From positions 25,919,368-25,983,367 of the forward strand of contig NC_068999.1 of NCBI RefSeq assembly GCF_001194135.2: a DNA stretch of 64,000 nt. Reading direction: 5' to 3'. Each line of letters starts with the position of its first letter. Position 1 is the stretch's first letter. The position numbers and the translations under genes were made by a program. This stretch comes from Octopus bimaculoides (taxonomy: Eukaryota). Below are positions 25,021 through 34,985 of this stretch, one piece after another. Below the pieces are notes generated by a model. The model saw only the letters and a program-made list of their open reading frames with translations. It was not told the DNA's origin and did not search any database.

Positions 25021-25149
25021 AACTAGAAAAGCACTTAGAGAGCGCAAACCTCCACCAAGCAGCTCATTTCCACCCATATGCATGTATACTGAAAATCGCC
25101 CAATTTCCCAAACCAATGCTGGCAAAAACATAACCTCCTTGGCGGGGTT
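25021..25149 (+). mobile_element. Short non-autonomous Helentron-like element
   Basis: aactagaaaagcact.agagagcgca.acctccaccaag ... aacataacctccttggcggggtt, with subterminal inverted motif acctccgccaagg/ccttggcggaggt. A second 3' portion lies at about 25455-25632. Confidence 0.55.
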
Positions 25150-25842
25150 AAAAAAACAAAACACAGCCATATGATTTTTAAAAAAGAACACTTTAAAAAC
25201 AGGAATCATCTGAAGCAGTTATAATACATCAATGACAACAGCAAGCTAGTTTCACCATACAACTAAAAAGAAACAATTACCTAAAACTTGAGTGTTAAGA
25301 TAGATATGCGAATAAAATCACTAATAGAGAAACGAAAATAAACTTTGGAAACAGCAACGCTACCATAGGTTACTTGGAAACGATGAATGTGTTTTCAAGG
25401 GAGATAATCAAAGAACGTAATATTGTAATAGTCCATGTAAAGTAAATATAACAAATAAAAAATCCTTCAAGAATCCATAAAAATTCCTGGATCACTACCA
25501 AAATTTCATCATCAGTTCCTTGTGTCATTACCAACTTTTCCTATAAGTTTCATCAAATACCGTTCACAACTTTTTGAGTTATTTTGCATACAAACAGATG
25601 AAAACATAACCTCTTTCCTAGGCGGAGGTAATAGTATGTGCTTATTTATTACGTTAATGATTTCATATATACAAATATGTAAATATTTGCATGTATCTAC
25701 TGAAAAACTGATATGTGCTGCATACAAATGGAGTGAAATTTTGAAATCAGCATGAAAAATTAGATTAAAAAAGTTGGCTTGCATTCATAATGAATATAAT
25801 ACATGTAATTTTGCTGAATATAATACATGTAATTTTGCTTAC

Positions 25843-25904
25843 CTGGTTTATTCTGTTTAAATCTGTTTCTTGTTTCTCCTTCAATAAACCAAATGCTTTT
25901 CCAC
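25843..25904 (-). CDS. AIF1: AIF1/Iba1-like EF-hand protein, internal exon A (62 nt)
   Basis: Minus strand ctgcag|GT GGA AAA GCA TTT GGT TTA TTG AAG GAG AAA CAA GAA ACA GAT TTA AAC AGA ATA AAC CAG|gtaagc = (G)GKAFGLLKEKQETDLNRINQ, matching the AIF1 GGKAFGLLK motif. Canonical splice sites, phase 1 to 0. Confidence 0.93.
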
Positions 25905-26299
25905 CTGCAGTTAACAAACAATATAGATTGCACTTAATGTGGTAATTATTACTGGTCTTTAACATTAAATTAAATTTCATTTTCATTTTTTACATATAAC
26001 AAATTTGTTTTGTTTGTTTATTACAACAAACAATTTTTTACTGTAATAGACCTCAAAATTATCACATAGATTGCTTTATTTGTTATCAGTATTGAAAACC
26101 ATCCCAGCCATGTCTCCACCTCACATTGTCTTTTATCAGAACTGTATTTAGCCAAGGTCTTTTTAGTTTTTTGTAACAGTGGACTATTGTTTGTGAGAAC
26201 CTTGGCTGATATTTCTAGCAGAGTGATCATTGGTTCATCTTTACTTTAGAGTTTTATGCTTGAGAGCCAAAACCTGTATATGCCAACTCACTTTTAATG

Positions 26300-26866
26300 G
26301 GCCATTCAAGTGAAATCGAAATCGTAATTGAACCATATTCGATGACTGGCCCCTGTGCCAGTGGAGCACTAACAGCACTATCCGAGCGTGATCATTGCCA
26401 GAGCAGCTGTCTGGCTTCCGTGCTAGTGGCATGTNNNNNNNNNNACTAACAGCACTATCCGAGCGTGATCATTGCCAGAGCAGCTGTCTGGCTTCCGTGC
26501 TAGTGGCATGTAAATAGCACCATTTGAGCATGATCGTTACCAGCGTCGCCTGACTGGCACGTTAGAAAATCATTCAAGCAAGGTCGTTGCCAGTGCCGCT
26601 GGACTGGCTCCTGTGCAGGGGGCATGTAAAAAACACCGTTTCAAGCATGGCCGTTGCCAGTACCACATGACTGGCCCTTGTGCCGGTGGCACGTAAAAGC
26701 ACCCAGTACACTCTCGGAGTGGTTGGTGTTAGGAAGGGCATCCAGCTGTAGAAACTCTGCCAGATGAGATTGGAGCCTGGTGCAGCCATCCAGTTCACCA
26801 GTCCAGTCAAATCATCCAACCCATGCTAGCATGGAAAGCGGATGTTAATCAATGATGATGATGATG
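26300..26866 (+). mobile_element. Long RTE-type 3' tail copy with tandem ~60-bp hairpin modules
   Basis: About five diverged modules (gccagt...actggc / gtgcc.ggt.ggcac) followed by the conserved tail and (GAT)n. One module is duplicated across a 10-N gap. Confidence 0.8.
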
Positions 26867-26869
26867 CTC

Positions 26870-27881
26870 ATCCCTTTATTATTCCTACTGTATTTGTGTA
26901 ACATCGTTCATTTTTTTCCGTCCTTGTTTTTGTATACATTCACTGCTTTCTTCCAAGAAATCTAATGCTCTTAGCTTAGTTTTTCCGAAATTGCAAAGAT
27001 AATCTGGATCTAGACTGAAGAGAGAAAACTCCGAATGACATATCCGTGTTTTCTTTGTGTCGGTCTATCTGTATGTTTTTCGTTCTTGTCCCATTCTGTA
27101 TTATTTATATATATATATATATATATATAGCGGCGTACATACACTTTGTCTCTTGTATGTAAGTAAACATTTTTCTAAACCTTGTATGACTCTATTTCTG
27201 TCTATCAGCCCCTTCACCCTTATTCATTCATTCCACTGTTCGTTCTTTCATTCCCCCTCACTCACATTTCCTTGCCTTCTCTTCTCCCTCCACTTTTCAC
27301 TTCACTGTGTCCCTGTCATTTTTTCTCGACCCTCCCTAATTCTTTTGTCCCTCTGCCTCTACCTCTCTCTCTCTTCTCTTCCCATGTGACCGGTGTTCGG
27401 CCAAGCCTTACCTTTCTTATTTTGGGCGGCCGTTGTGCGTGCAACATCGTAATTTCTCCCTGTCCCTGAGAAATCTTGTATCCCGGCTGTAAGGCCTTAT
27501 TTCCATATACGCCAGCTTAATTTTATTCGTCCTTAGTTGAAAGACATCTGTTGTTATGTCCCGTTATTATTCCTACTGAATTTGTACTACTGTAATTGTG
27601 TAACATTGTTCGTTTTTTACCGTCCTTGTTTTTGTATACATTCACTGCTTTCTTCCAAGGAATCTAATGCTCTTAGCTTAGTTTTTCCTTGGGGCTGGTC
27701 AGATTGGAGCAATATTGAGAATAACCAGGCGAAATTGCAAAGATAATCTGGATCTCGACTGAAGAGAGAAAACTCCGAATGACATGTCCGTGTTTTCTTT
27801 GTATCGTCTATCTGTATGTTTTGTCCCTTTCTTGTATCACCTGTCTGGATGTTTTGCGTTCTTGTCCCATTCTGTATTATT

Positions 27882-27885
<4 letters not shown>
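26870..27885 (+). mobile_element. Non-coding direct-repeat dimer (PLE pseudo-LTR or retrozyme-like)
   Basis: Repeats at 26870-27108 and 27559-27885 flank a ~430-nt spacer with no recognisable protein. Each repeat carries CTGAAGA-GAG(AAAA)CTC-CGAA and ends at (TA)n. Confidence 0.65.
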
Positions 27886-27927
<42 letters not shown>

Positions 27928-27931
27928 TATG

Positions 27932-27961
<30 letters not shown>

Positions 27962-27967
<6 letters not shown>

Positions 27968-28690
27968 TATCTCGGTCACCAGTCATTGCCTCAGTGAGGC
28001 TCAAAGTTTGAAGATCATGCTTCACCATCCTACTTCTTCTTGGGTCTACCTCTACCACAGGTTCCCTCCACAGCTAGAGATCAGCACTTCTTTGCACAGC
28101 TGACCTTGTCCATATGCATCATATGACCATACCAGCACAGTCGTCTCTCTTTCACACCACATCTGATTCCTCTTATGCCTAACTTTTCTCTCAAGATGCT
28201 TACACTCTGTCGAACATGCACACTGACATTGAACATCCAGCAAAGCATACTGGCTTCATTTCTCTCAAGCCTATGCATGTCCTTGGCTGTCATAGCCCAT
28301 GTTTCACTGCCATGCAGCATAGCTGTTCTCACACAGGCATCAAACAATCTGCCTTTCACTCTGAGAGACAGGCCCTTTGTTGCCAGCAGGGGTAGGATCT
28401 CCCTGAACATTGCCCATCCTAATCTTATTTTCACAGCATCCACCTCCACTACTAACTTGGTCACCTAGATAACGGAAGCTATCTACTACCTCTAGCTTGC
28501 CCCCCACCTGGCAGTTGAAGGAGTCTATTCTCTGCCCATTTTCAGTGTTTATTGTACCTGTGCATCTTCCACATACAAAAGTTAGTTTCCCTGTTAACCT
28601 TCCTCTAATATTGCTGCACCTTTTATGTGTCCTAAGCTTACACTGGGTGCATCTTATGGAGTTTCTACCTACATCTTTTCTACAGATTGA
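27962..28690 (-). mobile_element. RTE LINE fragment (C-terminal RT region with PHD-like insert)
   Basis: CRKDVGRNSIRCTQC..THKRC..CGRC, LEVVDSFRYLGD, LLATKGLSLRVKGRLFDACVRTAMLHGSETW, RRLCWYGHMM, GRGRPKK. Confidence 0.92.
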
Positions 28691-29284
28691 GCTGGGTTGT
28701 AAATATAATATAAGAAAATAAGACAAGCAACCAACAACACTGCCATCCACAAAGGTAATATAAAATAAATAAAGTAAGAACGTATTCAAATTAGTCTTAT
28801 TTCTTGGTTACTTCTATTACTTTTCTTAGTTTGTTGAGTTGGAGTTAATGATTTATGAGTAATGATTATGATGACAGATAAGTAAGATCTAGTTAATAAC
28901 TGAAGCCTGCTTGTGATTATATTCCATCAGCAAATCAGATAGATATATTTTTCTAGATAAAAGGATTCAATTGATTAAATTACTCCCAGGTGAACATATT
29001 TAATGACATTTTTCCTGTAAATGGTGTTCCATTTTCTAAGCAAATACTTGAAAGTGGTTAACTGCCAATTAGTGCATAATTAAGATATAATGAAAGTTGA
29101 TTGGGAGCTGTGCATTGTTTTGAGTTACTGCTACTAATGGTGATTATTTACCAATAGCTGTAAATCACTGAATTTATTTATTTACTATCATAAATCTGTT
29201 CTGAGTTTAAATCCTGCCTAGGCTAATTTTATTTTTCATCTGAGGGTTAACAAAATAAGTAATGTGCTCAATTAAATTCCTTTT

Positions 29285-29590
29285 TATCCTTTACATGTTT
29301 TAGTAATTGAACTCACGGTCATGCTGGGGCATTACTATCAAGGGTTTTAGTAGAACAAATCGATCCCAGTGCTTAGTTTTTGAAGTTTAGTATTGGCTTC
29401 TATTCACAAACTGCTAAGTCAGTGGTAAACAAACCAAAACCAGCTGTCAAATAGTGGGGTTGGTGGAGACACATATACACACAAACATATACAATATGCT
29501 TCTGCCTACCAAATCCATTCACAAGAGATTTGGTCAACCCAGGACTATAATAGAAAACTCTTGCCCAAGGTGCCAAACAGTGGGACTGTG
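29285..29590 (-). mobile_element. SINE family A, diverged
   Basis: Reverse-complement homology to 1603-2068, including the central (CA/TA) tract. Confidence 0.7.
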
Positions 29591-29754
29591 CTCTTACTAA
29601 TTTGTAAATTAGCAATTCAAGAAACCATTATTGACTATTTCTGCTCATGGAATGCAGCTGTAAAGCATTGGTGACTTCCTAACAAAACAAAACATTTGGA
29701 CCTGATTTCTGTTTCTAACTATAAGTACCTGACATGTATTACAGGATCAATATT

Positions 29755-29975
29755 GATGGCAGCAAGCTGGCAGAATTGTTAACATGCTGGGCAAAATGCT
29801 TTGCAGTATTTCATCTGTCTTTACATTCTGAATTCAAATTCTGTTGAGATCAACTTTGCATTTCATCCTCTCAAGGTTGATAAGAGAAATACCAACTGAG
29901 CACTGAGGGTTGATGTAATCGACTTAGCCCCTCACCCAAAATTGATGACCATGTGCCAAAATTTGAAACCAGTAT
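29755..29975 (+). mobile_element. SINE family D
   Basis: ggcagcaagctggcagaattgtt...actttgcatttcatcctc...gtgccaaaatttgaaacc. Confidence 0.75.
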
Positions 29976-30809
29976 TGATGGCAGCAATAATATGACAATA
30001 ATGTCATTGTCATTTGTCTTTATCATCACAAAAATTGTCGGCATAGTCATCACAGTAATCAGCAAATCATCGTTTGTCTCATTCTTCAAAGGAAACTCTT
30101 CCTTCTGTGTAAAATGTGTTTGAAAATATAAGCTATTTCAGCATTTATAAGTGCTGTTGACCCCACCCTTGGGTGTTTTATCAATAAAGCTTAGATCAAT
30201 GAGATTATAATCTTAGGAGAGAAACATTTGTGATGTAAGCCAAATTCGTGTTCTTTTCTCTGAAGATAGGATAAACAGATTACAGATAATGGAGATTAGA
30301 TTAGAAATTAAATAAAGTATAGATCTCAATTAGGAGTTAGCATCTATGAATTTAATTATTATAAACTTCATTTTACAAACTATGTCCTTTTTCTTTCATT
30401 TTGTCTTTTTAGAAAGATCAGTAGAGAGAGAAAGAGTAAAAGAAATGGATAAAAGATAGAATGAGTTAAGAAAGGAAGAATAAAGGAAAGAGGGGGGAAA
30501 GGAAAAGTAAGGGGAGGATGAAAGAGAAAAGATGTAAAGTGAAGGAAAGTGAAGAATTAAAGAGGAAAGAGAGTTAAGAGAGACAAACTATAGGGAAAAG
30601 TAAAAGGAAAACTAAGAAATGGGGGACCTGTAAAGAAAAAGGAAGTAGAGAAGGAATAATGAAAGAAGTAAAGGAGAAATAATATTGTGATAATGAGTAA
30701 AGGAAGATATAGATAGAGGAGGATTATACACAGAGAGAGAGAGAGTGTGTAAAAGAGAAGAAACAGAAAGGGAGATAGAGTAAAATAATACATTGGTTTC
30801 TTTTGAGGA

Positions 30810-31330
30810 GACAGGAGAATGTCATGTTTAGTTTAGATGAAAAGCTTCAGTTATGTTCCATTAATGTTCCACTTGAACTATTGCAAGTCAACATCTGCAG
30901 AAAAGACATGAGCAGAGAGGGAGTTTCAGAGGGAGGACATTTTTGGAAGGATTGGACATAAGGATCAATGTGGGTCCAGTGGGGATTGAACATAATAAGA
31001 GTGACAAGAGGAGGAGAGATGAGTTGGCTGGGAATTCTCGAGTGAAGATGGCAAAAGCCAAGTCAGTTCTGCTCGTTCTGAAGAATAGAGACCATTATAG
31101 TACAGTAGAAAAGGCAGAGAGAGGAGTTAACAGGTCTTTGGGCCAGAAGTTGGAGTGTCTGTGAGCAACTTCATGCTCTCAGTTAGATTGCTATTTTCAG
31201 GATGTTGTCTAGGGTGTCTGTATCTGTGCAAAAGCAGCACCATCCCAGATGTAAGAGCAATACTCCATAGTGCTGGTACAGGTTTGATGGGAATTTTTGA
31301 GGTCAACCTTTTAGTTGCCTCTTACAACAT
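30810..31330 (-). mobile_element. Ancient CR1/L2/Jockey-like LINE 3' fragment
   Basis: Minus strand MEYCSYIWDGA...LDNI and SSLCLFY resemble RPxMEY.S.IW / SLSLFYRY. Confidence 0.5.
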
Positions 31331-31438
31331 GCATGGATACAGTATACTTAGTTGAATGATAGGTATACTGATATACACATGAACAAAAATATACATGAAA
31401 TGTATCAGACATACTAAAAAAAAATCAATGGAAACTAC

Positions 31439-31620
31439 TATGAAGGGATGCTGGAAAGTTCCTGGTTTTGGGTAAAAGAAAATACAGGAGGATCAATTAA
31501 TTATGATTTCATTTGCAGTGGTCCTTCAGATTTTCTAAGCCCTTTAAAAGAACTTGGAAGGTTGGGCCTCCAACCAGGTCTTTCGCAATATCCTTAAAGC
31601 CAGGAACTTTTCATAAACAG
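31439..31620. mobile_element. Mariner-type MITE
   Basis: Inverted repeats tggaaagttcctggtttt and aaagccaggaacttttca (16/18 match), with TA at the left end. Confidence 0.55.
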
Positions 31621-31691
31621 TGAATAGGTGTATAAGTTGATTAATTTTAAGGTGAAAAGAAAGAAACAGAATTCAACATTTCAGACATTGG

Positions 31692-31877
31692 GAGGTAATA
31701 TTTATCCCCACTTAAACATATATGATCTATTAGAACAAACTATACTGTGGTAGTTACCATGAGAGAAACTCTCATATTGGCTTTTTGATGCAAAATGCAC
31801 TCTTGTTTATATTGCTAGTGAGGAGATAAAAATTTCTGCTAGAACATCTATATTTAAGTGGAGATAAATATTACCTC
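31692..31877. mobile_element. MITE with GAG...CTC termini and 4-bp TSD (Sola-like)
   Basis: 29-bp TIR gaggtaatatttatccccacttaaacata with 2 mismatches. TTGG is duplicated at 31688-31691 and 31878-31881. Confidence 0.75.
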
Positions 31878-32999
31878 TTGGTAGTAATACTACTGCTGTC
31901 ACTAATATATATTTCAGACTGGTTCTTTGTCAAGTACACACAGAGAAGAAAGGTCTATCAAAGCAGTGTTTACAATGATAGTGATATGGGGGAGATTAAT
32001 AATAATTAATATGGGGGAGACTTGAGAAGAATGATGTTTTACAACCAAAAGTGTGTTTTTTAGCTAAAAGAGATAAAGTGTGAGAATGCTTTATGAATAA
32101 ATTTTGAAAGTATGTTATGTAAATGAAAGGGAGACTATTTGAGCATGTTGTATGAGTAGGTGTATATGTGTGTTGTGCTACGTGTGTGGTGTGCAAAAAG
32201 CATAATAGTATACGTGTGTGATAGGTAGTGTGTGTGGGGGGACAGAAGGAACTGTGAGGTACACAGGAGGGCATTTATCAGTGTGGGGGGAATCTCAGAA
32301 GAAGATAATGTTAATAAAGGAAAACAGGGTGATCATTAATTCCAGGTGGATGAGCTCTGTTGACTGAAGATTAGCTTTTGTTCATGGTGCAAACAAGAGG
32401 CAGGAGATCCATAGTATAAAACAACACTACAATCAGAGAGGTGCATGTAAATGTGGTCATGAGAATTGAGTTGGTGAGTTACAGATATTTATATCTGTTA
32501 CTTACTAAAAGATCTACCAATCTCTGACTTGTTTCTTTAATATACAGCAAGCCATATAAAGCTGGCATTTCATGCAGTAATGTTTTTGAGGGTACAGGTG
32601 AAACGGTTGCAGGTTTAAAATGGGGTTTATATCCTATTAGTGTGATGACGATAAAAGAGCTATGGACTAGAATGTCATGGAGCTTTGTTACATCTAACAG
32701 TGGGGAGAGGATCTTCAAGGAAGATGTGGGAAATAGCAGCATCAGATTGAAGGAGACAGCTTTGACCTAGGATATATGGTGGACAAGGGCTAAGAGAAGA
32801 CCAGTGCATCACATGACAGTAGAGGTGTGGACAACAATACTGACCCATCTGTAAGTAGCTGGTTGGGTTTACCCATATTATGTGGAGTAAACCATTTGAT
32901 GTGATAAGGTATTGAAGTTGGAGCCAAGGCTACAGTAGTGGCAAAAGCAAAGGAATTGTGAGTAAAGGATAAAAGTGAGATAGGTATGACCTTGTTTCA

Positions 33000-34985
33000 G
33001 GTCTTGCTGGGTCTACATCTACCACAGGTTCCCTCCACAGCTAGAGATCAGCACTTCTTTGCACAGCTGACCTTGTCCATATGCATCATATGACCATACC
33101 AGCGCAGTCGTCTCTCTTGCACACCACATCTGATTCCTCTTATGCCTAACATTTCTCTCAAGATGTTTACACTCTGTCAAACATGCACGCTGACATTGCG
33201 CATCCAGCAAAGCATACTGGCTTCATTTCTCTCAAGCCTATGCATGTCCTTGGCTGTCATAGCCCATGTTTCACTGCCATGCAGCATAGCTGTTCTCACA
33301 CAGGCATCAAACAATCTGTCTTTCACTCTGAGAGAGCGGACCTTTGTTGCCAGCAGGGGTAGGATCTCTCTGAACTTTGTCCATCCTAATCTTATTTTCA
33401 CAGCATCCACCTCCGCTACTAACTTGGTCACCTAGATAACAGAAGCTATCTACTACTTCTAGCTTGATCCCCCTGGCAGTTGATCGAGTCTATTTTCTGC
33501 CCATTTTCAGCATTTAATGTACCTATGCATCTTCCACATACAAAAGCTAGTTTTCCTGTTAACCTTCCTCTGATATTGCTGCACCTATTATGTGTCCAAA
33601 GCTACACTGGGTGCATCTTATGGAGTTTCTACCTACACCTTTTCTACAGATTGAGCAGGGCCATCTACCTGAAAGGATTTGTTATTTGTCTGCCTTCTTA
33701 TTTACTAAGACTTTGGTTTTTGCTAGGTTAAATCTAAGGCCTTTTGATTTTAGACCTTGCTTCTATACCTGGAACTTCTCTAGTTCAGGTAGTGATTCAG
33801 CTATAAGAACAAAGTCATCAGCATAGAGAAGCTTCCAGGGATACACTGTCTTAAATTCCTCTGTTATTGCTTATGATGAACAAGACAGGGCTGAGCACAG
33901 ATCCTTGTACCCTGAATTCTTCGTTGTACTCATTACTATCCCTCACCTTACTGGTAGCAGCCCAGTACATAGCTTGTACAGCTCTCACCAACCACTCATC
34001 TATCCCTACTTTCTACATTGACCACCAGATAAGGGATCAGGGGACCCTGTCAAAGGCTTTCTCCAAGTCAACAAAGGCCAAGTACAGAGGTTTATCTTTG
34101 GCTAGGTATTTCTCCTGCAGCTACCACACCAGAAATATAACATCAGTGGTGCTTTTCCCTAGCACAAACCCAAACTGCATCTCATTTAAGCTAACTTTCT
34201 CTCTTATTAGTTGGGTTATGACTCTCTCCATAACTTTCATCACCTGATTCAGCAATTTGATACCTCTGTAATTATTTCTATCTAAGGTATCACCTTTACC
34301 TTTGAAGCAGATTTACAATACAGGTGACTAGACTATAACCCATACTGCCAGATATTTGAAGCATCTCAGCAGAGATTGCTGATGGGCTGGGGGCCCTTTC
34401 CTGTTTTCATATCCTTAATTGCTTTATCTACCATGGAACTGTCGATTCAGGTAGCCAGCCCCTCAATTGTGTCAACATTTGGCAGACTCTCTTCCTCCCA
34501 CTCATTCTCCACATTCAGCAGTCTCTCATAATGGCATTAACAAGCCTCTTTCTTTGCAGAATCATTACATGCAAGTACACCATCATCCATGCGAACACAT
34601 TTCTCTCCTGTGACATCACAATTTTCTCTCACACACTGTCTTGCAATCCAAAACACTTCGGTTCTTTGGTCCTCCTATCGCTGAACACAGGCAAACTTAT
34701 TTCCTGCTTCTCCCTTGGCTAGATATACATGTCTCCTTGTATCCCTTCTGGCAATCTAATACAGTACCTTGCTACCCCCATTCTTCCAGGCCAGTTTCTT
34801 AGCTCTAATGGTCCCATCTACCACATCGTTCCACCACCATGTTACTCTAGGGCGAGATGGGACTTTACACCAGCCACAGATTTGGTCTGTGGCACTCAGC
34901 AAGCTGTCCCTCAGGAATTCCCAGTTGCCCTCTGTTACAATTCTGTAGCTCCTCCTCCTTTGCATCGAATTTCTTAGTTAGGATG
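33000..34985 (-). mobile_element. RTE LINE, ~2-kb degenerate fragment
   Basis: TWWWNDVV, MQFGF..GKSTTD.IF, AFVDLEKAFDRVP, QGSVLSP.LF, LLYADD.VL, NLAKTKVL, then the PHD-like finger and the thumb. Multiple stops and frameshifts. Confidence 0.92.

Larger units (their letters stand above)
22787..25775 (+). mobile_element. Chapaev3-like (CMC) DNA transposon, degenerate and interrupted
   Basis: 5' TTA|CACTGGTCAAC, subterminal gctgatttcaaa / tttgaaatcagc. N-terminal Zn finger (LGDQDKLWAPHFICSAC...IPMIWRE.KDH), LHIKLGL..QFVK, MSLKVHFLDSHLDFF..NLGAVSDEHGEKFHQD...YQG.W...MLADYCW. Family assignment is from memory. Confidence 0.75.

Noticed and set aside
26300-26720. CRISPR-like array of ~60-bp units
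   Set aside because: Eukaryotic context, diverged modules without unique spacers, part of an RTE tail, and no cas genes.
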